64,000 nucleotides of DNA from Prorocentrum cordatum. Taxonomy: Eukaryota. The translations under genes were made by a program, and so were the position numbers. Positions 1 through 59,787 of this stretch are shown here, one piece after another. The stretch lies in the NCBI GenBank assembly GCA_963575745.1, contig CAUYUJ010000005.1:1-64000 (forward strand), given 5' to 3'. The first letter of the stretch is position 1; each line of letters starts with the position of its first letter. The notes beneath the pieces are model-generated. The model made no database searches and had not been told where the DNA came from. It saw nothing but the letters and a program-made list of their open reading frames with translations.

Positions 1-45
1 AGGAGGAGGAGGAGGAGGAGGAGGAGGAGGAGGAGGAGGAGGAGG
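1..45. repeat. (GGA)n microsatellite
   Basis: Direct read of the sequence. Confidence 0.95.
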
Positions 46-794
46 TTGGAAGAGGTGATTTTGGGTTGAGGAAGGAAAGGAGGAGGCTCCTCCCTTCCAT
101 CTCCCCCTCCCCGTCCCTCTTCACCTCCTCCGCAGGGGCCCCGTACGCCAGGCTGTCCCCTCCGCAGGGGCGCCGCGGACACCGCTTCGCTCTCTCCGCG
201 GGCGCACCCCCCCGGCTGACACTGGTGGAACCGGTGGAAACAGTTTCTCCGAGGCGGGGACTCATCCAGAAAACTCGGCGACTACCAGGCGTGCGGTTCC
301 GCCAGAGGTGTGGTCTGCGATCGGCACCGTTGGGGCCTGGGGAGCACGACGCTGTCATCGTCGGGCCTCGGGGCGCGGTGGAAGGCTCCGTCGAGGTCCT
401 CGCCCGCCCCCCAGGGCGCCAGTTGCACGCCACACGCTTTGCAAACCACATCCATCGGAGTCGCCGAGTCGCCACCGCCTGGGGTTCGATCTTCGGGGAC
501 CTCGGCAGGCGGTGGATATGGATACATTCGGGCCCCTCGGGGCCCAAACATATCCATAACTACCGCCCGCTGGGGTGCCAGGCCGTCGGTTCCCTGGCGG
601 TGCCGCTGATAAGTCCCCACATCGCAGTCTCGCCAGGCGCAGTGGGCAGGGGTGGCGGGGCGGGCGGGCAGGGAGGATTATTTTCCTGAAGTGTAAGACT
701 TGGGAGGCCGTCTCTGCAGTTCATTTTTCATGCGTTCTGTTCTCTGGAAACACTTCGCGGTCGGGGGAGGAGGATGCGGGGCGAGGACGGGATG

Positions 795-860
795 CACTGT
801 TCCAGGTCGTTCGGGGGCGCTCTCAGAGCGTTCCGGAACGCTCTGAACGGCCGCGGCGCT
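795..860 (-). repeat. Dispersed repeat copy with 22-bp perfect palindrome CAGAGCGTTCCGGAACGCTCTG (824-845)
   Basis: The reverse complement matches the core of 56238-56398 and 58036-58196 (GCGCCGCGGCCG..CAGAGCGTTCCGGAACGCTCTGAGAGCGC). Confidence 0.8.
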
Positions 861-949
861 TGATACATCGTCCAGGACCACCAGATTGCAGATATCCATA
901 TTCATTTTTGTCCGATTCTGTCCTGGTCCTGGCTTTGTCCTAGGTCGGG

Positions 950-1295
950 GCAGGCGGGAGGCGGGAGGCGGGAGGCGGAGGCGAGGGGAGGGGAGGCGAG
1001 GCGGGAGCGGGGGGGGGAGGTGGGAGCATGAGGCGGGAGGCGGGGGCGGGGGCGGGGGGCGGGAGGCGGGAGGCTGGAAGTGGGAGGCGGGAAACGGGAG
1101 GCGGGAAACGGCAGGCGGTAAGCGGGAGGCGGGAGGCGGAAGGCGGGAGGCGGGAGGCGGGAGGCGGGAGGCGGGAGGCGGGAGGCGGGAGGAGGGAGGC
1201 GGGAGGAGGGTGGAGGGAGGAGGGAGGGAGGAGGGAGGGAGGGAGGGAGGGAGGGACGAGGGACGAGGGAGGACGGAGGACGGAGGGGGGAGGGG
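950..1295. repeat. (GGGAGGC)n / (GGGA)n purine-rich simple repeat
   Basis: Direct read. The same motifs recur at 1925-2208. Confidence 0.9.
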
Positions 1296-1296
1296 C

Positions 1297-1433
1297 AAGC
1301 TAGGTGCGCGCGCGTCATATTTGTCGTCCTACCCCTCCCTCCTATCCCTTACCATGGCGCTGATTTTCTCTATCCGCGGACTAGTGGATGGTGGTGCGCG
1401 TGCGTGCGTGCGTGCGTGTGTGCGTGGTTGTGG

Positions 1434-1464
<31 letters not shown>

Positions 1465-1542
1465 GCTGGTGGTGGTGGTGGTGCTGCTGCTGCTGCTGGT
1501 GGTGCTGGTGGTGGTGGTGGTGGTGGTGGTGGTGGTGGTGGT

Positions 1543-1573
<31 letters not shown>

Positions 1574-1930
1574 GTGCGCGTGTGCTGTGGCATGGCACGG
1601 GAAATGACGCCAGCGCTGCAGCGGGAGCACGAGTCGAAACGGGCGGAAGTGCGGAAATGAAGCCAGGGCTGCAGCGGGAGCACGATTCGGAACGAGCGGA
1701 AGCACGGAAATGAGGCCAGCGCTGCAGCGGGAGCACGATTCGGAACAAGCGGGGCCCGACAATGAGGCCGGCGCCTCGGCGAGAGCAGCATTGTAAAAAA
1801 AACACAAGCGAAAACCCGTTTCCCGGGAATCCTGTGTGTAAAAAACAATACGCGGGGGGGTGTCCGATATCTTCGGGACGCCATCAGGGGAAGTGGGAGA
1901 GTATTTTCATATTGTGCAATTGTGGAGGAG
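1297..1930 (+). repeat. Dispersed bipartite repeat, copy 1: AAGCTAGGTGCGC module, microsatellite filler, ~55-bp tandem GCCAGCGCTGCAGCGGGA units and tail
   Basis: 1297-1380 resembles 5686-5770, and 1585-1930 resembles 6093-6440. Confidence 0.8.
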
Positions 1931-2206
1931 GGAGGAGGGAGGAGGGAGGAGGGAAGAGGGAGGAGGGGAGGCGGGAGGCGGGAGGCGGGAGGCGGGAGCG
2001 GGAGGCGGGAGGGGAGGCGGGAGCGGGAGGCGGGAGGGAAGGCGGGAGGCGGAGGCGGGAGGCGGGAGGAGGGAGGAGGGTGGAGGAGGAGGGAGGGAGG
2101 GAGGGAGGGAGGGAGGGAGGGAGGGAGGGAGGGAGGGAGGGAGGGAGGGAGGGAGGGAGGGAGGGAGGTAGGGAGGGAGGGAGGAGGGAGGGAGGGAGGG
2201 AGGGAG

Positions 2207-2207
<1 letters not shown>

Positions 2208-2238
<31 letters not shown>

Positions 2239-2511
2239 CTGATGATGATGATGCTGATGATGATGATGGTGGTGATGATGTGATGCTGATTATGATGATG
2301 ATGATGATGCTGATGATGATGATGATGATGATGATGCTTATGATGATGCTGCTGCTGATGATGATGATGGTGATGATGGTGATGATGATGCTGCTGTTGA
2401 TGTTGATGCTGATGCTGATGCTGCTGATGATGATGCTGCTGATGATGATGCTGATGCTGATGATGCTGATGCTGATGATGATGATGGTGATGGTGATGGT
2501 GATGGTGAAAG

Positions 2512-2549
<38 letters not shown>

Positions 2550-2588
2550 GTGATGGTGATGGTGATGGTGATGATGATGATGATGCTT

Positions 2589-2648
<60 letters not shown>

Positions 2649-3560
2649 ATGATGATGATGATGCTGATGAGGATGATGATGATGAGGAGTTCTAGTAATA
2701 TTACGCACATTACGAATACGCATACTCACAACACACAATGATAAGAACAAGCATGTTAATGCGCACAGGACGCGTACTATTCATACGATGCACAAGCATA
2801 CTACACATACTAAGCACATTAACCATGATAGGCATAATAAGCAGACGAAGCAACATAGGCATACTAAGTCTACGAACAATAATTGTATTAATAAGAAGCG
2901 TTATAGTAACAAGAAGACGAATGATACGAATATCACGAATAAACTTAAACATGCTACGACTCAGCATACGTTCAAAACGTAATACTTCTAATCCGAATGC
3001 ACTTTGTGATAAACATACTGGTAATACGAATGCTACAAATAATATTATGGATGCTAATATTACTGATAGTATGAATACTAATAATGCGAACGCTAATAAT
3101 AGTAATACTAATACTACCAATACTAACAATAACAGCACTACTAATTACATTATCAATAATATTAACAACACTATTAATAGCAATAATACTACTACTAATA
3201 TTAATAATAGGCCGACGAAGACGACACATACGACCAATACGAATAAAACTAACATTGCGAATGCTCATAAGAACAATCATAGTAATAGTAATCCGAATAG
3301 GATGGAGGAGGAGGATAACGAGGAGGAGGAGGAGGAGGAGGAAGTGGAGGTGGAGGAGGTGGAGGGAGAGGGAGAGGGATAGGAAACAGGAGGAGGAACA
3401 AAAGGCGGCGGAGGAGGTGGTGAAGGAGGCAAGAGGAGGAGGAGGACGAGGAGGAGGAGGACGACGAGGAGGAGGAAGAGGAGGAGGAAGAGGAAGAGGA
3501 GGAGGCAGGGGTTGAGGCAGGAGGAGGAGCAGGCAGGAGGAGAAGGACGAGGCAGGAGTA
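2208..3560. repeat. Compound microsatellite: (GAT)n 2208-2685, degenerate AT-rich (AAT/ACT) 2690-3300, (GAG)n 3300-3560
   Basis: Direct read. Confidence 0.9.
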
Positions 3561-3806
3561 GGTGGGAGAAGGGAGGGGGCAGGAGGACATCCCCTTGCAG
3601 TTTAAACACATGCTCATGTGGGGTCCTACAGTTGGAAGAAGTTCCTGTGGACACCCCGCGCAGGAACATGATGGAAGGACGGAGCCCCCCCCCTCTCTTC
3701 TCACTCACACACTCACACACTCACATCAGTTTCACCGCATCATCATCAGCACTTGCACACCCGCACACCCTCATTCTCCAATTCATCCACCCACACACAC
3801 CTAATC

Positions 3807-3853
<47 letters not shown>

Positions 3854-3899
3854 CTTCTTCTTCTTCATCATCATCGTTATCACACCACCATCGTCACAA

Positions 3900-4600
3900 G
3901 AGCCTCGTCTGAGTGAACTGCGAGGAAGTCTCAGGCGGGAGCCTCCTCCCTAGGCGGCCCGTCGCTCATGCTTGTAATCCGAACGGACCATCGGCCTTTT
4001 GTAACTGTCGTCATGCTTGTGCCCTGAGACTTGAAGGTGGAGGATATATCAGGCGGGAGCCTCGTTTGCGAGTGAATTGCCCGGACGTCTCAGGCGGGAG
4101 CTCCATCCCTATGGGGCCCGCCGCTCATGCTTGTAATCCGAGGCGGGTCATCGGCCTCCTGTAACTGTCGTCATTTTGTGGCCCCTGAGGCCTGATTTTG
4201 GAGGAAGTATCAGGAGGGCGCCCCGTCTGTGGGTGATTTGCGGGGATTTCTCAGGCGGGAGCCCTCTCCCAATGGGACCCGTCGCTCATGTTTGTAACCA
4301 GAGCGGGCCATCGGCCTTTTGTAACTGTGGTCATTCTTGGGCCCCTGAGACTTGAAGTTGGAGGAGATATCCGGTGGGAGCCTCGTTTGCGAGTGAATTG
4401 CGGGGAAGTCTCAGGCGGGAGCCCCATCCCTATGTGTCCCGTCGCTCATGTTCGTAAATCCGAGGCGGATCATCGGAATCCTGCAGCCGTCGACAATTTT
4501 GGGCTCCTGAGGCTTGGTTCTGGAGGAAATATCAGGCGGAAGCGTCATCTGTGAGCGAATTGCAAGGAAGTCTTTGACTGGGGCTCCCTCCCAATGTGGC
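3900..4600. repeat. Tandem array of ~160-bp units, ~4.4 copies
   Basis: GAGCCTCGT-like unit starts at ~3900, 4057, 4218, 4378 and 4540; TCTCAGGCGGGAGC and CATCGGCCT recur. Confidence 0.85.
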
Positions 4601-4609
4601 CAACCCTTT

Positions 4610-4891
4610 TTTGTTTCTTCTGCTTCTTCTTCTTCTTCGAATTATTATTATTATTTTTATTATTATTATTTTTATCATTATTATTGGTATTCGTATTATT
4701 ATTCTTGTTATTCTGAGTATTATTATTATTAGTATTAGTGTTCTTCTTCTTCTTCTTCTTCTTATTATTATTATTTTAATATTATTAGTATTTCTACTAT
4801 TATGATGATGGTGATGATGATGATGATGATGATGATGCTGATGATGCTGATGGTGATGTTGATGATGGTGATGATGATGATGGTGGTGACA

Positions 4892-4989
<98 letters not shown>

Positions 4990-5012
4990 GATGATGATGA
5001 TGATGGTGATTA
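4610..5012. repeat. (TTC/TTA)n followed by (GAT)n microsatellite
   Basis: Direct read. Confidence 0.9.
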
Positions 5013-5050
5013 GTATGATCGTTATTCTTAGTGTATGTATTTGTATACAA

Positions 5051-5395
5051 TACGAGGCGGGCCGTCGGGGTTCACCATGACGCACGCGTCGCGCCTCATC
5101 TTTACGCTGTCGCAGGGCCCGGCGCTGCGCAAAGGGCGTCGCCATCGAGTGCGCGAGGGGCGAGGACGCTGGTCGCACTGGCATATCGGACGAGCAGTGA
5201 TGGCTGCACCTCTACGTTATGTTCTCCCGCGCCACCTGCATGCGGAACATGCTGATCCTGCGGCCGCCGCCGCGGGAGTTCCTGGAACGGGGGCCGCTAG
5301 CATCCCTGCAGAAGGCACTCCTGGAGTTCGACGTCAAGGCGGAGAGCTTCGAGGCAGAGGCGGAGCAGCTCGCGGCAGAGCTGGGCTTCGTGATG
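5051..5395 (+). pseudogene. C-terminal fragment of a PIF1-like (Helitron RepHel-type) helicase
   Basis: Frameshifted translation RRGFTMTHASRLIFTLSQGPALRKG / GVAIECAR ... SDEQ*WLHLYVMFSRATCMRNMLILRPPPREFLERGP. It resembles SF1B helicase motifs V (xQGxT) and VI (YVxxSRA, 5213-5233). In-frame TGA at 5198. Confidence 0.65.
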
Positions 5396-5685
5396 CCCCC
5401 CCCCCCCCCTCGCCTGAGCGCGGCGGCGCCCCGCTCGGGGCCCGCGGGGTTGTCCCAACGGCTTGGTCTCGTGCGCCAGACTTTCGCGGGGTTGCGCACT
5501 TGCCAGGCGCGGCGGCGAGGGCGCCGAGGAAAATCCACGCGCGCGCCCCTGCCAGGAAAAAGGAGAGGCGCAAGGGGAGAACGAGCGGGGCAACGATGGG
5601 GAGGGGGGAAAAGAGGAGGAGGTGGAGGATGGCAAACCAAAAGGCCGAGGAGGAGGAGGGACGTAAGGAGGAGAGGGGGGAAGTC

Positions 5686-6440
5686 AAGCTAGGTGCGCTC
5701 GCGTCATATCTGACATCCTACCCCTCCCTCCCATCCCTTACCATGGCGTAGATTCCCTCTCTACTCGCACAGTCGGATGTCGAACAGGGCAATGATCCCG
5801 CAAGGGTACGCGATGCACTGTGCAGCACGGCGTGGCATGGCGTAGAAGAGCACCGCAAAGCGTAGTATGTCACAGCATGGCGTGGCGTGGTGTACGGAAT
5901 ACTTGCATCACACAGCTTTGCAGCGGAATGCATGGCATCGCACAGCGGCCCCGAACATAACATTGCATAGCATGGCATTGACAACGCGTAGCATGGCATA
6001 GCACGACGTGGCCGTTAAACACTGCATATCACAGCTTCAGCTGAAGGCATGGCATCGCGCAGCGGACGCAACCTAGCCTTGCATTGCATGCCGTGGCATG
6101 GCACGGGAAATGACGCCAGCGCTGCAGCGGGATCACGATTAGGAACGAGCGGAAGCGCGGAAATGAGACCAGCGCTGCAGCGGGAACACGATTCGGAACG
6201 AACGGAAACACGGAAATGAGGCCAGCGCTGCAGCGGGAACGCGATTCGGAACGAGCGGGGCCCGAAAATGAGGCCGGCGCTTCAGCGAGAGCAGCATTTT
6301 GAAAACAATGCAGGCGAAAACCCAACTCCGGGGAATCCTGTGTGTAAAACAACAGTACGCGGGGGGGGGCGAACACTCCCAACCCGTCATCAGGGGAGGG
6401 AGGAGAGTAGTATTCATATTGAGTAATTGTGGAGGAGGCT
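5686..6440 (+). repeat. Dispersed bipartite repeat, copy 2 (filler is a degenerate GCATG-type pentamer tract)
   Basis: Homologous to 1297-1930 at both ends. Confidence 0.8.
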
Positions 6441-6451
6441 GGGGGAGGTTG

Positions 6452-6520
6452 AGGATGATGATGATGATGATGGTGGTGATGATGATGATGAGGATGATGA
6501 TGATGATGATGATGATGCTG

Positions 6521-6552
<32 letters not shown>

Positions 6553-7240
6553 GATGATGATGATGACGATGACGATGATGATGGTGAGGAGGAGGAGGAG
6601 GAGGAGGAGGAGGAGGAGGAGGAGGAGGAGGAGGAGGAGGAGGAGGAATAAGAAGAAAAAGAAGAATAAGAAGAAGAAGAAGAAGAAAACGAAGAATAAT
6701 AATAATAATAAGAAGAATAATAAGAATAATAAGAAGAAGAAGCAGAAGAAGAAGAAGAAGAAGAAGAAGCAGAAGAAGAAGAATAATAATAATAATAATA
6801 ATAAGAAGAAGACGAAGAAGACGAAGAAGAAGAAGACGAAGAAGAATAAAACGAAGACGAAGAAGAAGAAGACGAATAATAATAATAATAATAATAAGAA
6901 GAATAATAAGACGAAGAAGACGAATAAGAATAATAAGAATAATAATAAGAAGAAGAATAATAATAATAAGAATAATAAGAAGAAAAAGAAAACGAATAAG
7001 AATAAGACTAATAATAATAAGAATAATAAGAATAATAATAATAAGAAGAAGAGGAGGAGGAGGAGGAGGAGGAGGAGGAGGAGGAGGAGGAGGAGACGGA
7101 AGAAAATGAGGCATGCAACGAGTAAAACAAAAAGTAAAATGCGGAGCAGGAGGGTGAGGAGGAGGAGGAGGAATAACAGGAAGAGGAGGCGGAGGAAGAG
7201 GAGGATGAGGAGGATGAGGAGGAGGAGTTGGAGGAGGAGG
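6452..7240. repeat. Compound microsatellite (GAT)n-(GAG)n-(AAG/AAT)n-(GAG)n
   Basis: Direct read. Confidence 0.95.
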
Positions 7241-7422
7241 ACGGCGAGGCCAGAAGGAAGCCTCCGCCAGACGAAGCTAAGTCGATTAGCGTGTGGGGTC
7301 CGACCGTCGGAATAATTGTTTGATGGAAGTGGCTGGTGGTGAAATTTGGGGAAAGGATGGACAGGACAGTCTCGCTGGCTTCGCCTCAGGCGGGGCTCGC
7401 CGTCGAGGCGCGGCAGTGTGAC

Positions 7423-55414
<47,992 letters not shown>

Positions 55415-56145
55415 CTGGTAAGGGCCCCCAGGGGCCGAAAATAGCGAATAACTTGCCGTCCTGATGTTTTTACGACGATCATGTCTGGGACGTGATCCGA
55501 GGTTACGGCCTCCTGCGACCTGCCCCAGGGGGCGAGGATGTCTCCTGCGAAAGCCATCCTCCTGCGAAAGCCATCCGCTGCGGAAGCTACCCCCAGCCTT
55601 GCTTTCGCAGCTGGGGTTGCCTTGCCAAGGGGGGGCGGGGCTTCAAAGCTACCGCCCTCCGCCCTCCTTTTCCAGAGCCCAAGGTTAGCCCGGGCTTCCC
55701 TTTCAAAGGGGGGAGCTTCGGAAGCTACCCACCCCTCCTTTTCGCAGGTGGGATCGGCGATCCGTTGGTTTTGGGTGCCGCTTTGGTTTCGGCGCGTTCT
55801 TGCTTTTTGGGCGCTGTTTGGTTTTCGGTGCCGCCATCGCGCCGCTCCGCGGGGGAGGGCGAGAGGGGAGCAGGGCTCGACATAAACTGTGTTTCGGTTA
55901 TTTTGAGGGCCGCCATCCTTTCGACATCGTTTTGCAGTAGAGGCGGGACGAAAACAACGCGAGGGGAGCGAACACAGCGTGAACAGGAAAATCACGGTTT
56001 CGGTCGCGCCCTGGAGGGGAGGGGCCCTTCTGGGAGGGGAAGATGCTCTGAGCTCCGACGTTGCGCGAAAACGGCAGCATCGCGGAGGAAGACAGCAGGA
56101 GCCCCTCCTTCGTCGGTGCTCAAGAGACGAGGGTCCACGCAAACG

Positions 56146-56462
56146 GGGGTCAGCCAGAGCGCAAGATCCTGCAGGATCCTGCAGGACCCTGCAGAGTCAG
56201 TGGTGCACTGACCTGGGCTCGGGTGCATCAAACGACGCGAAGATCGGGACAAAATCGGATCGGGATAACTCGAAATCTCTGAGAATCGGCGGGTTTGGAG
56301 GATGTGTTGGGCGCCGCGGCCGCTCCAGAGCGTTCCGGAACGCTCTGAGAGCGCTCCGGAACGCTCTGGAGCGATTTATCCCGATCCTAGCCCTGTTATA
56401 GTGCAGGATCCCGCAGGAGCCCGGCAGGATCCTGCAGGGCTCCTGCAAGGCCTGACCGACCC
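56146..56462. repeat. Foldback-like unit: (GCAGGATCCT)n arms flanking a palindrome-bearing dispersed repeat (56238-56398)
   Basis: Arms 56146-56195 and 56401-56462 are imperfect inverted repeats. The core is near-identical to 58036-58196. Confidence 0.6.
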
Positions 56463-56751
56463 GGGTCTGGGTTGACGAGGAGGAGGAGGAGGAGGAGGAG
56501 GAGGAGGAGGAGGAGGAGGACGAGGAGGAGGAGGAGGAGGCGGAGGAGGAGGGGGAGGAGGGGGAGGAGGAGGAGGAGGAGGAGGAGGAGGAGGAGGAGG
56601 AGGAGGAGGAGGAGGAGGGGTCAGAAGATCCCCGATCCGAGCCGCATCGCTCCGTGCGGGCCCCGGGGGCCCAGGCCCGTGCGAGGTCGCCCGCTGTGAC
56701 AGAATTGCGTTGGGGGGGGGGGCGGTTTGGCACTACCACTACCCATCACCA

Positions 56752-56906
56752 CCCACCAAATCACCCCAACCCAACCCGAAGGCCTCAATTTGCCCTCCAT
56801 TTCCAGTGTGGGGGGGGTCCGGGAACATCGACAAAAACACATATGGGGCCCCCCCCCCCCAACCCGAAATTCGGGTCTTCGGGTTGGGTTGGGGTAGTCT
56901 GGTAGG
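56752..56906. mobile_element. ~155-bp MITE-like element with ~40-bp imperfect TIRs
   Basis: CCCACCAAATCACCCCAACCCAACCCGAAGGCCTCAATTT matches the reverse complement of AAATTCGGGTCTTCGGGTTGGGTTGGGGTAGTCTGGTAGG. TA on the right, CA on the left. Confidence 0.7.
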
Positions 56907-57103
56907 TAGTCAACCCAGACATACGAATGCGATGTGTGCGTCTGCACCCCAGCGGCGGCGCGCGCGCTGAGAAGTCGTGCAGCGCAGGCTCTGCGGCGGA
57001 CGCTCTCTGGCCATACCGCTCGGCAGCGGCGTGCAGCGAGACGCTCGTGGCGACTGCTCGGGCCGGGCGCGCGCCTCTCCAACGGAGGCAGATCGTTCTA
57101 GTA

Positions 57104-57279
57104 CAGTCGGGGCCCTGAAGAAGGAACCCTTTTCGTTGGGGAGGGGCTCCGTGTTCCTCAAGTGTTTCGCAGCTTGCCCTGGATTTTCCCTATGCCTTCG
57201 ATCGGACATCGAAGTTTAACTTATGGAAAAGAGGGGCCTCGCTCCTTATTTTGGGTTCCTTAGGTCAACGCGCCGACTG
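57104..57279. mobile_element. 176-bp MITE, copy 2
   Basis: Colinear with 10984-11159. TA on the left, CA (mutated TA) on the right. Confidence 0.9.
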
Positions 57280-57563
57280 CACGGTAGGTTCGTGTCGTGT
57301 CGACCAGCGGCGACCCCGCCAGCGGCGTTCAGCTTTGAACGCCGCGGGCGACCTAGACTCGTTCGATGTGGAACGATTTGGACGTTTCGTAAGCGGCCGA
57401 TCGTTCAAGGTGGAACGATCCCCGCGGTATCGGAAACCAACGCCAGGGTCGACACGACACGCACCCGCCGCATGTCCCTCGGCGTCCCAGGCGGGGCCCC
57501 GCGGAGGAGTTCGAAACAGGAGGAGGGGGCGGAGGAGGAGGAGGGGGAGGGGGAGGAGGAGGA

Positions 57564-57594
<31 letters not shown>

Positions 57595-58035
57595 AGGAGG
57601 AGGAGGAGGAGGAGGGGCCCGAGGACCCCTCCGCCGCCCAGCGATGCGCGACCTCGCCGCCCCGGCGGCGGCGGCCCCTGCGCCGCGGCAGCCCCGCGGC
57701 AGGGCGCGGCCGCGGCGGCCGCCGGCGCCGCCGCGGCGGCCGCCGGCGCCGCCGCGGCCGTCGTGCGGCGCGCGCGCGGGCGCGGCGGCCGGCGCGTCAG
57801 GCCGCCGGGGGCCTCCTCCTCCTCCTCCACCTCCTCTCCTCCTCCTCCTCTCTTCTCTCCTCCTCCTCTTCTCTCCTCCTCCTCCTCCTCCTCTCTCCTC
57901 GTCCTCCTCCTCCTCCTCCTCCTTCTCCTCCTCCTCCTCCTCCTCCTCCTCCTCCTCCGCGGCGCCCCAGTCGTCGCCGCCGCCGCCGTCGCCGTCTTCG
58001 ATCTTCGAAGCGCCTAGACCCTTCGTCAAACGGCG

Positions 58036-58196
58036 CGAAGGTCGGGACAAGATCGTATCGGGATGGCTCGAAGTCTCGGAGAGTCGGCGGGTGTGGAGGA
58101 CGTGTTGGGCGCCGCGGCCGCTCCAGAGCGTTCCGGAACGCTCTGAGAGCGCTCCGGAACGCTCTGGAGCGATTTGTCCCGGTCCTAGCCCTGTTT
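58036..58196 (+). repeat. Dispersed palindrome-bearing repeat, flanked by a ~56-bp direct repeat (57970-58025 / 58201-58259)
   Basis: Matches 56238-56398. Confidence 0.8.
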
Positions 58197-58608
58197 TGAA
58201 GTCGTCGCCGCCGCCGTCGCCGTCGCCGTCGTCGATCTCCGAAGCGCCTAGACCCTTCGGGGTTTGTGGCGAGTTTCGGCTTCGTGGGGCCCTCGCCAGG
58301 CCCCGGGACCGTCGAACGTCCATTCGGGATGAAAGGCTGGTCCCGGGGCACGGGTCGCGACATCTGGGGGTCGACTTCATGGAGACGTCATGACGTCCAG
58401 GGTTTGGGAACAAGGGGAAAGTTTACTACCCCTTGGCAATAAGAGGCGTGTCCAGGAGGTTGGCGGAAGAGGGGAGGGACTGGTCACGTCACGATTCGCG
58501 CTGGCGCCGTCTGGGAATGCGTAAGAATGCGCATGGATTCTTCTCGAGTTCCTCTCTTTCTGGAGGTCTTGTACTCGGCTACCGCACTGTAACTCACCTA
58601 TCCAGAAC

Positions 58609-59709
58609 ATGTCTCTCTCATCTTCGCAGGTCGCGACTCTGAAGAATGGGGCAACGCAGGTGCAGTTCAAGAAGGAAAATCCGCACCGTCCAGGCACTAA
58701 GGCACATGAGCGTTACGGGAGGTACAAGGTGGCGTCGACGATAGACGAGGCCAGCCAGTTCGGCGCCACATTCTAGGATTTGAGTGGGAATTTTGAGAAA
58801 GGGTATCTCACGATTTCGGATCACTCCGCCGATCGAGCATCAACATCGAAACGCGGTGCCGCCGAGGGGACCCCAGATCGAGAAGGCAATGCAAGATCAA
58901 ATGTTCCCGCCCGTGATCTTGCCCCGAAGTTTTCGGACACCTTCATGACCGAGAAGATCGAGCGTGTCGAGATGAGCCCGGCTCCCATCGCAGCACTGCG
59001 AGGTATGATCAACGAGGAGATCCGAGAAGGGAATGCAGAGGTGCAGCGGGTGATAGCGGCGAAGATGGAGGAGGCCATCGCGCCGTTGACGGAGGCATTG
59101 GAGAAGGAGCGCGAGGAGCGCAAAAAGCTCGAGCATCGCATTGGCATCCTTGAGGACGTCATCAAAGCCAAACGTGGAGGAGGAGGAGGAGGAGGAGGAG
59201 GAGGAGGTAGTGAACGGGTGGACTCCGACGTCGACAAATCAGTGGTCGTAGTTGGGGGGTTCGGGGAGATGGAGGCGGACGCAGCAGAGTTCGTCGAAGA
59301 TGCTTTCGAGGACGTCAACGGTGTGGAGGAGGTGTTCGTCACGAATCCTGAGCCTGTGGTGGCCTTCGTCCATTTTGATTCGGACACGGCGGCCATGAAG
59401 TTCTTGCGCAAACAGCGCAGGTACCAGAAGTTGAAAAATGCTCACCTTTGGGCTTCAGAGAACTGGTCGATTGAGGAAAGGCGGCGCGTGAAGATCCCCA
59501 GTCGTATCAAGAAGTTTGCCATCGAGCACGAGGACTACGAGGCGAAACGCGTCATCGTGAGTTATAAAACGTTCAAAGTGCACACGCGGGTTGGCCGGGA
59601 GCTGGTGCACCTGGCGGATGTCATGGACGATGCCTCCGTGTTGTGGGCTGAGGGCGAGCACGCAGCAGGGGATATCCTGAAGGGGGCAGTTGAGGAGGTC
59701 GTGGAGTAG
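58609..59709 (+). pseudogene. LINE ORF1: small N-terminal domain, coiled coil, RRM-like domain
   Basis: ATG at 58609, in-frame TAG at 58774. Coiled coil EALEKEREERKKLEHRIGILE; RRM-like SVVVVGGFG..VAFVHFDSDTAAMKFL; in-frame (GGA)n expansion at ~59176-59208. Confidence 0.7.
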
Positions 59710-59787
59710 CTGTCTCTTTAGGGACAGTGTCAAGGTGGGCGTGGCCAAAGCAGCCAGAGCCGGTACACCGAAGGCATTATCAATGAT

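Noticed and set aside
600..690. Hammerhead ribozyme (CTGATAAG-TCCCC)
   Set aside because: No matching stem II closure followed by GAAA is visible.
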